From Octopus vulgaris (lineage: Eukaryota): DNA of 64,000 nucleotides. Made by a program: the position numbers and the translations under genes. The stretch lies in the NCBI GenBank assembly GCA_951406725.2, contig OX597822.1:100440001-100504000 (forward strand). The letters are read 5' to 3'. The notes below the pieces were generated by a model. That model did not search any database. It saw nothing but the letters and a program-made list of their open reading frames with translations, and was not told the origin of the DNA. Shown piece after piece: positions 11,871 to 25,440 of this stretch (its first letter is position 1; every line of letters begins with the position of its first letter).

Positions 11871-13618
11871 TTATATGGATGATTTAAAACTCTTTGCAAA
11901 AAATGACCAACAACTCAAGGGCTTACTAGCGATTCTTAAACAATTCAGTGATGACATCAGAATGCAATTTGGCCTCGATAAATGTGCGAAAGCTACCTTT
12001 ATCAAAGGAAAAATGACAGAAACATCTAACGTTAACCTTGACCAGCAGAATGTCATAAAAGAATTAGACCCAGCGGAGAGCTACAAGTACCTAGGGGTAA
12101 TTGAAGGGGACGGAATAAGGCATTCAGTGATGAAGGAAAGGATCAGGAGAGAATGTTATCGCAGAGTAAGAGCAATACTCAAGACAGAGCTGAATGCGAG
12201 AAACAGGATCGAAGCAATCGATGCTTTAGCCATACCAGTCGTGACTTACAGTTTCAATATCGTTAACTGGTCAATTACTGAAATATGTAATCTTGACAGA
12301 AAAATACGAAAACTGTCGACAATGCATAGAATGCCCCACCCTAAGGCAGATATAGAACGATTTTTCTGCCAAGAAAAGAGGTAGGCCGTAGACTTTTACA
12401 ACTGGCAATAACAATGAAGATTGCTACAATTGGCCTAGACACCTACCTGAAAAACTCTGAGGACTGAATGTTAAAACTTGTCTCAAAACATGAAACAAGA
12501 AAGCATCATACTCAGTAACAAAACAGGCAAAGGACTATCTAAGTGAATTCCGAATACAACAAATTTCGGAATTAGACATACAAGAAACAAGCACAGAAAA
12601 AGCTAAACGCATGAAAACCCGTGCTAAAACTGCTGCCTTAGATATTCTGAATGATAAATGGCAAGAAAAACCTCTCTATGGCAAATACCCAAAGAGAGCG
12701 AATAATGCAGATGTTGACAAAGTCCTGACCCATCAATGGCTAATGGCCTCTGGCTTAAAATCTGAAACAAGGGTTTATCATAGCAGCTCAAAATCAATGC
12801 CTACCAACAAGGAACTACCAGGCCAACATATTAAAGAACGGCAGTAGCCCAACATGTCGTGTATGTCAACAGCAAAATGAAACCATTGATCATGTTGTCT
12901 CCAAGTGCAGTCTTCTAGCGCCTACAGAGTATCTCAACAGGCATAATAGAGCTGCACAATATATTCACTGGGTAATTTTCAAAAACCTGGATTAGCCCCA
13001 TGAAAAAAACTGGTGGGAACACAAACCACCTCCAGTACTTGAAAATGACCACATCTTACTCCTCTGTAACTTCCCCATTCAAACTGATAGAAAGATAGAT
13101 GCAAATAGGCCAGACATCATATTGGAAGACTTCAAACAAAGAGCATGCCTCCTCATTGATATGACTGTCCCAATCGATATAAATGTATCTGTCAAGACGT
13201 ACCAAAAACTGGGCAAATATAAAAATCTGGAAATAGAAATCAGCAAAATGTGGAACCTGAAGACTAAAACAATACCTGTTGTCATAGGTGCCCTGGGAAT
13301 GATAGCAAAAGGGGCTGATCGCTACCTAACTCAGATACCAGGAAACCCCAAAATGGCAGAAATTCAAAAGATAGTGCTCATGGGAACTGCTCATATCCTA
13401 CGCAAAATACTTTCTATGTAATCTCAAGTTTTAAAACAAACATAATTTAAAAAAAAATTTTTTTTTAGACATTCACTAGTACAACACTAAATACAAAACC
13501 AAATATATGGCACACTAGGCATAACAACAACACGAACTTCCAACCTGTTGTCTCTTGAGGTCTCTGGGTGAGACTTGGAGCCAACTTGTACAAATATAAA
13601 GCAAAAGTTAAACATAGA
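11871..13618 (+). mobile_element. 5'-truncated Dong/R4-clade non-LTR retrotransposon (RT, CCHC, restriction-like endonuclease), disrupted
   Basis: YMDDLKLF, YKYLG, CRVC...ETIDHVVSKC, RHN, NRPDI...LIDMTVP. (TAA)n on both sides. Confidence 0.9.
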
Positions 13619-13688
13619 ATAATAATAATAATAATAACAACATCGAAAATACCTTAGGAATGAGAACCTAGGTTCGAAATTTCCCCAA

Positions 13689-13734
13689 GACACCTGATGA
13701 AGGCTGGAAGGTATATCAGCCGAAACGTTGTGTT
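13689..13734 (+). ncRNA. Type I minimal hammerhead ribozyme motif (Penelope-pLTR style)
   Basis: Stem I GACAC/GTGTT; core CTGATGA; stem II GGCTGG/TCAGCC; GAAA; palindromic AACGTT with a GUU cleavage triplet. Confidence 0.8.
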
Positions 13735-14428
13735 AACAACAAACAAGATGAGGATATTTACCCTTCAAATGTAAATAATTTAAATAAATTTACACGTGTA
13801 TATTTATATAATAGTAAAAATCTTGGTTGAAAATTAATAGAATGAACACTAAACAACAGACGCGAATAAAACCATTTTATCAATCGTGTTATTAAACAGA
13901 ACCACAATGATCTCGATGCTGGAAAAATTGGTATCATTCATCCAGAAAGTCTCACTATAGAAGACAGAGCAAAACTAAGACTTACAACTTTAAGCATGAA
14001 GGACAGAGACATAGAACTAAACAAAAAACAAAAAAATTAAGGAACAAAAAACAAAACGTGGATAAACACACACACATATACACATACATATATATAAATT
14101 TGCACATCCAAATTAATATGAATATGTTACTTTAAAAGCCGTAAGCTGCATCAGTCGTCCTGGCCATTCATCTCGTATAGACGTTAAGTGCTAAATAGCG
14201 CAGATTATATCGGCAGACGCAGCTTTGTCAGCACACCGGTGAATGTGACTGTTGCATCATGTGATTTCGGCGTACTTTTTGTCTCGTCAGCAGCAGTCTC
14301 CCAATCACCGAATGCCAGACCGAAATCTTGTCAAACCGATATAGTTTAACACTGACTAAATAGTCAGTAACGTCGCAAAAAAATCGTGGTATGCAAAAAA
14401 CAATAAATAAATAAATATAAATAAATAG

Positions 14429-14483
<55 letters not shown>

Positions 14484-14778
14484 TGGGTATGATAGCAAAA
14501 GATACCAGGAAACCCTAAAATGACAGAAACTCAAAAGATAGTGCTCATGGGAACTGCTCATATCCTACGCAAAATACTTTCTATGTAATCTCAAGTTTTA
14601 AAACAAACATAAGTTTCTTATGGTTTCTTAATCATTCACTAGTACAACACGAAGTACAAAACCAAATGCATGGCACCCTGGGCATAACACCAACATGAAC
14701 TTCCAACTTGTTGTCTCTTGAGGTCTCTTGGGTGAGACTTGGGAGCCAACTCGTACAAATGTAAAGCAAAAGTCAAAC

Positions 14779-14780
<2 letters not shown>
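14484..14780 (+). mobile_element. Second, heavily truncated Dong/R4 copy
   Basis: Homologous to 13293-13618; (TAA)n on both sides. Confidence 0.9.
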
Positions 14781-14832
<52 letters not shown>

Positions 14833-15838
14833 TATATAAATATATATATATTATATATAACGCTGTATAGAAGTTACGTACCCTGATATTAATGCAAGAT
14901 CCCTGTGACTGTACACTGAAACGAGCTCCAGTTACCTTCTATAAGCACGTTTGATGTTTCATAGTAATAGTAGTGGAGTGGCAATGTTGGTGGAGTCAAT
15001 GGAGATTGTGGTGGTGTAATTGATGGTAGTAGTAGTAGTGATGGTTATAATGGTAATTGTTTTGTTGTTGGTGGTGGTAGTGGTGGTGGTGGTGGTGGGG
15101 GGGATAGTTCTGGTAGTGTAGTAATTGCTGTGATGGTAATAGTAGTAACAGCAGCAGCAGCAGTAGTATGAATACAGCAAAACCAAGAAGACATGAACTT
15201 CAAAAAAAAAAAAAAAGGACAACTTTCTATTGGCTTGTTTCTATGTATGTTTTTCCGTACAACTGTGCATGAGTGTGAGTATACATGTGTTTGCTTGTGT
15301 GTGTGTGTGTGTATGTGTGTGTATGTGTGTGTGTGTGTGTGTGCGCGCGCGCTATCGTACACCCTAAGAAATCTTACTCGGTAATGAACTTGAGATGATT
15401 TATAATACATAAGTACCGCCATTTTTCATCATTATCACCATTGGCAATATCCTTCCTCTTTATTTCCTTTCGTTAATCTTTCCCCCTTTCTCTCGATCCC
15501 TCAATCATCCATCAATTTTCTCTCTACTCTCTTTTAGCCTCTAAATTCCTCTCTCCTTCCTCACTGTTGTTCCCTCCCCATATCTCTATCAGCTTAACGG
15601 AATCCTCTCCCCCTCGTTACCTTCGTCTGTTTCCTCTCATTTCCCCGCCATATCCAACCAAATAGGTTAACATTTATCAAATAAACATCTCCATTTCTTT
15701 CATTCTTTCTTTCTTTCTTCCCTCCTTCCTTTCTTTCTTTCTTTCTTTCATTCCTTTTCTGTTACATATGCCCATATACATGCACACGCAGACACACATT
15801 CATACACATCTGCATAACCTTGTCTTCATTCTGCAATA

Positions 15839-16050
15839 TCTGGCCATGACAGTGAAAGTTCTACACGTGTTGCCAAAACAGATGTTTTTACAAGAGATTA
15901 AAATGAAGATATTTCAAGCCTCGATGAACATAGCTGGATAATCTTATGTAAAGGGTTCGTTAAAGCAGACTAAATTTGCCGTTATAATTAAGCCAGCAAG
16001 TTTACAGAGATTATCTAACTGTTACAACAACACCAATGTTACTATGTTGT
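15839..16050 (+). other. Conserved non-coding module C, copy 1
   Basis: Homologous to 29333, 34330 and 47901(-); invariant TGAACATAGCTGGATAATC. Confidence 0.85.
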
Positions 16051-16169
16051 TTTTTTTTTTACTGTCATCGTTGTCGTTGTTATTGTAGTTATCATTGTGA
16101 TGGTGGTGGTGGTGGTTAATAGTGGGTACAAACATGTACGTCATTGATTTGAATAAATACAAACTATCA

Positions 16170-17125
16170 ACAGTTGCCAAAAATATTTGAATGACTTCAG
16201 AGTATTTTCGGGTGCTGAATCTGAAAATGGCATTAGTTTTGCCAAATTGAGTTTACTTTTTGAGATACTATCTGCCCCCACCCAAAAAAACTTAAAGTTA
16301 CTCAAAGATAAAGAAAGGTCATGTTTATCTTAACGCTGCTTTTATCCAATCTAGTAATTTTTCTTAAACATATATATGATCTAATCTTAACATAATCTTA
16401 TCTTTGTTGCAGATTAAGATTAATATGAGTTCATCACGAAGAAGTTGCTTAAACAATTCTAAAGCATTCTGTTCACTTTGTGATGAATGCTCTTGGCTAA
16501 GTAAAAAAAAAATGTAAGATCTCAATAATTACTGGATGCATTGAATGAAGTAATGAAATGTTATCTGTTAATAACTTTGCAGATTTCATTCAATTGTTAC
16601 TTAAGCAAACACAACTGCAAAGAGTTAAAAAATAATACAAATGTTAGTATTGTGAATAACAGTCTGTTAAGTGCAATATCCTTACTGCAGTCTATCAATA
16701 AATGTGTGAAAAATAAAATAAAGAAATGAAAGAGTTCAAAGGTTGTAAGGAAAGTATTTGTTTGAGTGTTTGTGAGAACTGGTCTCGGTGACATACTGTC
16801 TGGATCTCTAAGAAAGAAACTACATATTTTTTCTCACAAATCGCCAATATGCATCCAACTCAAAAGCTGAATTAGGTCACCGAGATTGAAAGTGAATGAA
16901 GTTTATCTAGGTTCACCCTCAGATAGGTTTTACCTCAGATAATGGCAAATTTCTGATAATTTGGACAAATGGCTTTTCAGTGTACAATTTTCAGAGAATA
17001 AAGGAAACGAAAGGAATGACCTAGCTTTCGATTCCTGGTCATGAATCTGTTATATACATCTTACAAGAAAAATGTTACCGTCTGTGAAAGAAGCATATGA
17101 TGCTTATTTTGGTGTAAAGTTTCAA
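16170..17125 (+). mobile_element. Sola2-like DNA transposon 5' remnant, interrupted
   Basis: MSSSRRSCLNNSKAFCSLCDE (16426) and VKEAYDAYFGVK (~17086) resemble the Sola2 N-terminus. Confidence 0.5.
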
Positions 17126-17821
17126 GGTGTAAATTTAACGAAAATTCGAAAAATAAAGTGTTGCCAGATGATGTTTGCTGAGACTGCGTGTGAATGATTT
17201 AACAACACCTTGCGAATATTTAAATATGATTTTATTTACACTGCACAAGATGTAAGAAACATAATGCAACATGCAAGGTAGCCGGATACAAAAGCTTAGC
17301 ACAAGGGGTGGATTAAGCACGTCGCTTCATGTCTGTCATCATATAACGCTTATCCAGATGAGCAAGCAGTCGTTAGAGCGATCGTGCAAGAAGGAGTGTG
17401 TAAGGGATCGCCTCTTCACATACACTGAAGTTTGGCGCCTAAAACCAACTTCCTTTGTAGGTTTATTAGGAGAACAATCTAGAAGGCTCTGGAGAAACTA
17501 TCGCGTGAAAACAAGCCCCTCAATTTTAGATTTGCAAATATTTTCATAGCATTTTCTATAACTATCTTTACAGTATCAGATTGGTAATACAAACAGGAAT
17601 AATAAACATCAAGACATGGGTATATAAATATTTTTCTTTTATTCTTTTACTTGTTTCAGTCATTTGACTGCAGCCATGCTGGACCACCACCTTTAGTCGA
17701 ACAAATCGATCCCAGGACTTATTCTATCGGTCTCTTTTGTCGAACCGCTAAGTTACGGAGACGTGAACACACCAGCATCGGTGGTGGAGGGACAAACACG
17801 GACACACACACAAATATATAC

Positions 17822-17852
<31 letters not shown>

Positions 17853-18043
17853 CATACATACACACACACACATACATACATACATACATACATACATACA
17901 TACATACATACATACATACATACATACATACATACATACATACATACATGTATATATATATGTATATTCGCAAGGTGTTGTTAAATCATTTACACGTAGT
18001 CTCAGCAAACATCATCTGGCAACACTTTATATACATACATACA

Positions 18044-18082
<39 letters not shown>

Positions 18083-18779
18083 ATGAAATGAAAAAAGGGG
18101 GTCGAATTAATTAATTATTAATAAATTCGCCCAAGCAGTATTCGGTATGTAAAGACCATTTACGGTATATTTGAAGTATTAATTTATAAAAATATGGTAA
18201 AGTAAAAGAATTCACTTTACCACACACCGAACTTTTCAGAAATAGCAGCCAAAAATTTGGCTATTTCTTCAACTGCAAATAAAAGTCTCCAGACAATGCA
18301 TACTCAGAAAAATAACTCACATAGGAATAAGGGAAAAACAATGAAAGATCACATCCATATACGATACCCGAGGACAGTCTGTTTCTGGATTTGTGGGTAA
18401 AACCGTAAATGGTCTTATGCCATGGTTCATTTTATTAAATTGCGCTTTGTTTGAGTACAATTCAACAAACTAACCCTAACCCTAACCCTAATTCGAACAA
18501 AATGCCTTCGTTGAGGTAGCTCCTGATTTGTTTTTCTCAGAACACTGACCCCATTCCTTCTCCGATACAATTAATCTCCACCATGGTGTGCACACACATT
18601 GTGACATCACCTGGCCTCAAAATAGCCACTGCCAATAACAGTAAACATCCGGCACTGAGGTTTTCCATTGCAATAAATGAAAGCGATTTCTATGAGTAGT
18701 ATGAGATAGTTAAAGCAATAACAGCCTCTGCACTGCACAAGCTACTGGTAAGTACTTACTACTTTCTTCATCCATTTGA

Positions 18780-19935
18780 CTAGCAGTAGTAACCGGAGTT
18801 GCACGGGTCTTAATAAATTACCATGAAACTGCGGAAACATGAGGCCTTACACTTGAGAAAAGACGGTTTGGGGCGTGAGATTGTTAAAGCAATAACCTTG
18901 GTAACCTCTTGAATAAAATCAATACCCAAGCTGTCCTTCAAGAAGTTATATTCTTGCGCTGTTTACGGTTCCTGTGTACAAGTGCTTTCAGGTGAAGCCG
19001 GGCCAAATCGCTGAACCACCAGAACGATTCGATTGAAATTTCAGATATGCATTAGGTATGCTCTAAGGCATATTTTAGTCATAACAACTGCTTCAATCAA
19101 TGTTCGGCTTTCGCAAAAACTTGATCGATAATTATCGATTTTTTCAAAAAAGTCGTCCGATTTCAACCAAACTCGGTACACAGTTGCAGTTTGACCCAAA
19201 GAGTTTCATGGCATCGCGGTACTCAGCGGATGACCGGAAGACTGAAACTGAACTACAGAAGAACAATGAATTGTTTCCAGGCCAGCATGCGAACGACCGT
19301 CATGACCTCCTAGCGCGAGTCATCCGGTTGAAGCTTATCAAACTTAAGGAAGGGTAAATATTTGGCCCCGTTAGATGTGATACGTATACTGTTGAATGGC
19401 AAAAGAGAGGCCTACCACACGCTCACATTCTAATCTGGCTCTCCGTAAAAATACCCTCCAACGATATTGACAAGATTATCTCTGCCGAGATTCCAAACCC
19501 ATCTACTGACAGACATCTCTTTGAGATAGTCAAGGCCACCATGATCCAGGGACCATGTGGGCGCGGATTCAATTTAGGCTCCCCTTGCTTGAGCAACAAT
19601 TTTTGCTGTAAGAAGTTTCCAAAAAAATTTCTGAAGGAAACACAAACTGGCGTAGATGGATACCCTCAGTACAGTCGGCGCCAACCTGCAGGCGGTAGAT
19701 TTGCCCTGAAAACTTGACAACATGACGTTGACAACAGATGCGTTGTACCGTATTCACCGCTTCTTTCGAAGACGTTCGGTGCCCACATCAACGTGGAGTT
19801 TTGCCGTTCCATCAAGTCCATTAACCACGGCCAGCTGTACATTGCATGCTCCAGAGTCGGCAGTAGAGACAGACTGTTCCCATTAACACGTCGGGGGAAG
19901 ACAAGAAGCATTGTCTACAACAAAGTGCTACGTAT
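18780..19935. mobile_element. Internally deleted Helitron (Rep and helicase C-terminal remnants)
   Basis: EWQKRGLPHAHILIW (19394), ISAEIP, VVPYSPLL, HINVE, then HGQLYIACSRV. Hairpin+CTAG terminus on the minus strand at 18780. Confidence 0.9.
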
Positions 19936-20150
19936 TTGCCAAGGCTGAAGTGGGTACGTTATTGCCATGCATGCATATACTTTTATTACTTTTTCCCATC
20001 AGAAAAGGGCGCCTGCTTCTTGACATTCTGTGGGTTTATGGAAGGTGTTCGTGTGGTGCTCCTACGATGGCAAAGAGGTGGCGATTGATTCGTTGAAGCC
20101 GCACGATAATAATGCGAAGAAACAATGCCAAACAGCTGCTACAAACGGAC

Positions 20151-20540
20151 TGTGGAGGCGCAATGGCCCAGTGGTTAGGGCAGCGGACTCGCGGTCATAG
20201 GATCGCGGCTTCGATTCCCCGACCGGGCGTTGTGAGTGTTTATTGAGCGAAAACACCTAAAAAGCTCCACGAGTCTCCGGCAGGGGATGGTGGTGATCCT
20301 TGCTGTACTCTTTCACCACAACTTTCTCTCACTCTTACTTCCTGTTTCTGTTGTACCTGTATTTCAAAGGGCCGGCCTTGTCACTCTCTGTGTCACGCTG
20401 AATATCCCCGAGAACTACGTTAAGGGTACACGTGTCTGTGGAGTGCTTAGCTACTTACACGTTAATTTCACGAGCAGGCTGTTCCGTTGATTCGGATCAA
20501 CCGGAACCCTCGTCGTCGTAACCGACGGAGTGCTTCCACC
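20151..20540 (+). mobile_element. Full-length SINE family 2
   Basis: Complete head and tail; TSD ACAAACGRAC. Confidence 0.9.
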
Positions 20541-20879
20541 ACAAACGAACCAGCGGAAAGGCAAGTTAGATACCTGAGCTAGTGAAGTTTATAAAGGCGT
20601 TAATTCTAAGTCCTTTTTAACCCAACTTAGTTGGTTTGCAGCAAGCATACAAGCCCTGTCTTCAGCTCTGCTCCAACAGCTCCCAATAATCAACGAATTT
20701 TCTGGTATTTCACAGCTTTTCCTATATGTTGTTCCCAAGGCCCAGCCCATCGCCACTTCATTACTTCCTTGATGGAAGTTGAAAAGATCACTACGTCTGC
20801 ATGGAGTGTCGGTTACATGACGTAGTGAGAGGACTTTAGTTGTTTTACAACAGTCACTTTCAGCTGCCATCTAAGATTT

Positions 20880-21600
20880 ATAAGTGCTTAATTGGTTAAT
20901 CACTCGAAATGATTAAGCAGTTAGAATTGAAGTTAAAAATTAATTTGGAGTTGTTTAGAATAATTACAATAAATTGCTAAATAGAAAATCGTTTTTTTCC
21001 TTTCTCTCCTGAGCGATTTATCATTTTCACTTCATTAACTAGATTAAAATGTTGATAAGTCTCTAAGTTTATATTTTTTAAAACAAAAATACCTTTAAGA
21101 TTCTTTAAGAGTAAAAACGTTTTTCAAATCTTGAATCTGAAGTCCAATAACTTCATGTTATTGTTTTCTTAATGTTTATTCATAAATATTCTTAATAACT
21201 TTAAATCCTTTGGTTCATTCTAGCTTCTTACAAAGCGCATTTTTACAAATTTTGTCTAACTTCTAAAATGATATTCTTTTGATATTTTTTCTCACTTTCT
21301 CTCATTTTTCATAATCTGTGATGAAACTGTTGAACCTGAATGCTATAACATGATCTTTTGTTATTAAAAAATCCCACGTGTTAAAACTGCTCAAATCTTT
21401 TTTGACGAAAACTTAAAAGCTGTATCAAATGTTATATTGAACATATGATTAAAAACAAAATCCTCTTCGTGGGTTACCTGCATTCGAAACCTTATCAATG
21501 CATTCATATTCAAACCGGTTCTTGTTTTATTTACGCCAAATTTTATAGTTAATTCTCTCACTGATACTTGTGCTCTTTAATATCTAATTACTTGATAATG
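20880..21600 (-). mobile_element. Very degenerate hAT (Tip100/ZMYM1-like) C-terminal remnant
   Basis: Fragmentary minus-strand KNRFEYE, DTA..KKRFEQF and SGE..RFS. Confidence 0.4.
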
Positions 21601-21885
21601 AATTAAGTAATTAGTGCAGTAATGAGACTGCAGTGAGAGAGACTACAGTAGACAGTTCCACAGAAACATTTCTGCGTGGTTTTACTGACAATATTTTACT
21701 TTGTCTGTTCGTCCAACTTCACGTTCAGAGTTCAAATTTCGCCAAGGTCGACTTTACTTTTCATCCTTTCGGGGTCGATAAAGCAAGTGCCAGTTGATTA
21801 CTGGAGTAGATGTAATCGACTTAATCCCTGCTCCTGAAATTGCTGGCCTTGTGCCAAAATTAGAAAACTATTTTACCTTGCCTAA

Positions 21886-22298
21886 AGGCGACGAGCTGGC
21901 AGAAACGTTACCACGCCGGGCGAAATGCGTAGCCGTATTTCGTCTGCCGTTACGTTCTGAGTTCAAATTCCGTCGAAGTCGACTTTGCCTTTCATCTTTT
22001 CGGGATCGATAAATTAAGTACCAGTTACGCATTGGGGTCGATGTAATCGACTTAATCGGTTTGTCTGTCCTTGTCTGAACTCTCTGTGTTTAGCCCCTTG
22101 TCGGTAGTAAAGAAATAGGTAGTAAAGAAATAGGTATTTCGTTCGTCTTTACGTTCTGAGTTCAAAATTTGCCGCGGTCGACTTTGCCTGTCATCCTTTC
22201 GGAGTGGATAAAATAAGTACCAGTTGAGCCCTGGGGTTGATGTAATCGATTTACTCTTCTCTCGAAATTGCCGACATTTTGCCAAAATTTGAAATCCA
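21886..22298 (+). mobile_element. SINE family 3 dimer
   Basis: Two monomers inside a 17-bp TSD TATTTTACCYTGCCTAA (21869 and 22299). Confidence 0.85.
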
Positions 22299-22949
22299 TA
22301 TTTTACCCTGCCTAAGACATCATACCAGACATTCATCATTACTAGAAAACTGTTATTTATTTGTGATTCAAATGTCTCCACTTAATATTTGACTGTAGAA
22401 GCCGAGGCAGGCATTTCTGAAAGTTTTACAAAAGGCTTCCTGGATTCTTATAAGTCCTTGAGACACATTCTAATTTGCACTCTCGTCTAATCTCGCTAAA
22501 AGATGTTGAAACGAGGCATGCGTGAAAAAATCCTTCTAGTACATATCATCGTCCACAAAATGCAGAAAATAAAACGTATAAGCGTTGGTCAGTAAAATAA
22601 ATTTTTAAAAAATAAATGAACAAATAAAGGAAAAAAAAAACAAGAAATGGATACTCGGCAGTTTGTTGCACTATCACCAACTACAAGGTTCAAACCCAGC
22701 TTATGACATACACATTTTTAACGCCCGTGAATTTGTCTTCATGAATCGCGCCTGATCTACTTCTTTGTTAGGTTTCATATTCGAACCATTATCGTTGCCT
22801 GATCTTTGCAGTTAAGTAATTATGACTCTCTCTCTCTCTCTCTCTCTTTCTCATGCTCTCTCTCTTTCTCACGCGCGCTCTCTCTCTCTCTCGGTCTATC
22901 TCTCTCCCTCTCAGAAAATCAAAATTCGTAAAAACCCTCTGTCAGTAAA

Positions 22950-24060
22950 GATATCTATAACCGATTCATAGCTCACGAAAAGTTGCTTCATTGAAATACC
23001 TTCTACGTCTAAAAATCCAAGTGTAACTAAAAACTTCTCTTCATGACAAATCTAGCAATACAGTCTAAGATAAAAACTGAAATGTATGGTTTCTTTAATC
23101 CGTTTAATATATTTTCCTAAACAGCAACAAATTGATTGTTTCATTCTAAACATTTTTCTCCCGCCACAGTGAAAATAAGTTTCTTTAGACATACAGCGAC
23201 ATCAATGTTTGTTCATCGCCATTACAAATCTTCCAAGTAGCTTAGTAAGATCTCAAAAGAGAAAAAAAAAAACCTTCCCTGTGCGCAAAGTAAGTAATTT
23301 GCCTGAAGTTTCAGTAGTTAAATACGGACTAATGCCCATTAAACGCTCCAGTGCTATCGTTCTTTTTTTTTTGCCACACGTGATTGCTTCTACTATTTTT
23401 ATTAGTCTGCTTTCGCAGTGAAGTCTCGGGCCATTTCTTCAAACATTCCAATAGATGTATTGAATTTTCAAGTGACTGCAAATATTCACGAGCGTTCTTC
23501 CAGTCATTAATTCCAGATTTTCTTAAAAAATGACTTAATTGAGAAGTCAAAAACTTTGCAACAAAAGCAATAAATTGTATTGATTTGGTGCTCTCGGCAC
23601 ACAGAAGCCATCTTCTAAGCAAAATATCCGCCATTGTTAATTTTCATATCACATCATTGTTTAAAAGAAACTACGTACATTTATTTGCATCTTTCAGAAA
23701 ATTGTACTATTTATCAATAAGAAAAAACTGGTTCATAATAATGATTTCCCCACTTTAATAATAATGGTTTCTTTTATCAAATTATCTGTAACAATAATTA
23801 TGATTTTCCACTCATGATAATTCATACGGTCAGTATGCTGGGTCATAGTTTTTGACATTTTTGGGGGGAGACTTTTCAAATTGTCTTTTAAAAAATTCTC
23901 AGAATCTTTGTTATGACATTATTATTTCCCAAGTCTTCAACAACGTTGCAAATGTAATCGTGATGTTTGATTAAAGCGTAGTCATACTCTTCTTGAGAAA
24001 GTACAGTATCTTAAATTTGTTTGTCAAATCTGGACCGGCCAGATGTCATATTGAATCTGA
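22950..24060 (-). mobile_element. Degenerate hAT (Tip100/ZMYM1-like) N-terminal remnant
   Basis: SGINDWKNAREYLQSLENSIHLLECLKKW resembles the TTF-zinc-finger region. Confidence 0.55.
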
Positions 24061-24913
24061 ATTGTTAAGACTTGATTACTGGAGTAGATGTAATCGACTT
24101 AATCCCTACTCCTGAAATTGCTGGCCTTGTGCCCAAATTACAAAACTATTTTACTTTGCCTAAAGGCGACGAGCTGGCAGAAACTTTACCACGCCGGGCG
24201 AAATGCGTAGCCGTATTTCGTCTGCCGTTACGTTCTGAGTTCAAATTCTGAGTTCAAGCGAAAGAAACTTGAAAACTTTGGGTGTTTTCTTGGCTGCTAT
24301 TTCTTGTGAAAGGCGTATTTTTGGTTTGTTGTATTTTCCTGGCCACTAATTTTTAAAAGCTTTTGAAATCTAGTAAAGGAGTCTAAAACGGAGTCAAGGA
24401 TGTGAAAGACCAAGCCACAGGTTCTTTTCTGTTTGTTAGTAAACTTTTTTTATCTGCCGTATTGGAATGTGGAAAGGATATGCTAAGAGAGTTGGAAGAA
24501 AGGAAGAACGTATTATAAAGATTGGTGGATTAGATAAATATGTGAGAGGTTAACAGAGAGAGAGAGGGGGGGAGAGGGGGAGAGAAATAGCGAGACAGAC
24601 AACCAGATGTGCAGACGGGGATATATAGTGAGGAATGGAAGAAATGAGAGAGAAATAGACAGCATGAATGGAAGGGAGAAGTGGAAAGGAGAAAGATATC
24701 TAAAACAGATATATGGAATTAGAGAGGGGACGTGATTAAATAACAAAGGTACAGACAATGAGAAAGGGAGAGGGAGGGAGAGAGAGACAGATAGACAGAG
24801 GCAGAGATAGAAATTCATGTATGATATATGCGTGGTGGGAGGACAATTTGGGAAATGGAGTGAATTGGTGGAGGTGGATATCGATTGGGAGAAAGAAACA
24901 GAGGTAAATAATG

Positions 24914-24944
<31 letters not shown>

Positions 24945-24949
24945 TAAGG

Positions 24950-25440
24950 TATGTAGAAAAATACAACATGGACAAGAACGTATAACTCTTAGAAGACGAT
25001 ACAATAAACACGGACAGGACATTCGAAACCCTCAGTCTTCAGTCAAGAACCGGATCATCGTAGTAATTTCGGCTGATTAATCTTGAGATTACTAGATCAC
25101 GGCCAGCCCTCCAAGAAAAACTAAGCAACGAGCATTAGAAAAACTAAGCTGGGAGCGTAGATTTCCTGGAAGAAGGATCGAATGCATACGAACACCGGGA
25201 CAGCAAAAGGGACGAATATAAAAGGCAAAAAACAATAATGGAATACAGAAACATGAAATACAGAAGCATTAACGGTGAAAACAACAAGTGTCTTACGACT
25301 GATAACAAGCAAACAAATTTTCTCTGGCGCAATTTGGAAAGGAGCCTTATCGGCGATGCCTTGGCGGCGGACGAAAAACAACGATGTTAACACGTCGCTG
25401 GTGGGAAGCTGAGAGGCAGATTTCGGCCAGCGGTCACGTG
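24950..25440 (-). mobile_element. Interspersed repeat next to (TA)n, probably Penelope-pLTR-derived
   Basis: Homologous to 31680-31960, 31985-32140, 50190-50480 and 56485-56640; carries a CTGAAGA...CGAA motif. Confidence 0.55.

Noticed and set aside
13903-13914. 12-nt complement to bantam positions 2-13
   Set aside because: Expected by chance over many miRNAs; no evidence of a 3'UTR.
15839-15960. Module C or A/B as repeated coding exons
   Set aside because: Stops and a frameshift differ among copies, and no splice sites are conserved.
18470-18491. Interstitial (CCCTAA)3
   Set aside because: Too short to indicate a telomeric event.
20151-20230. SINE heads as tRNA genes (also 4780, 5475, 11630, 26705, 58176)
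   Set aside because: No proper acceptor stem; most run into SINE bodies with TSDs.
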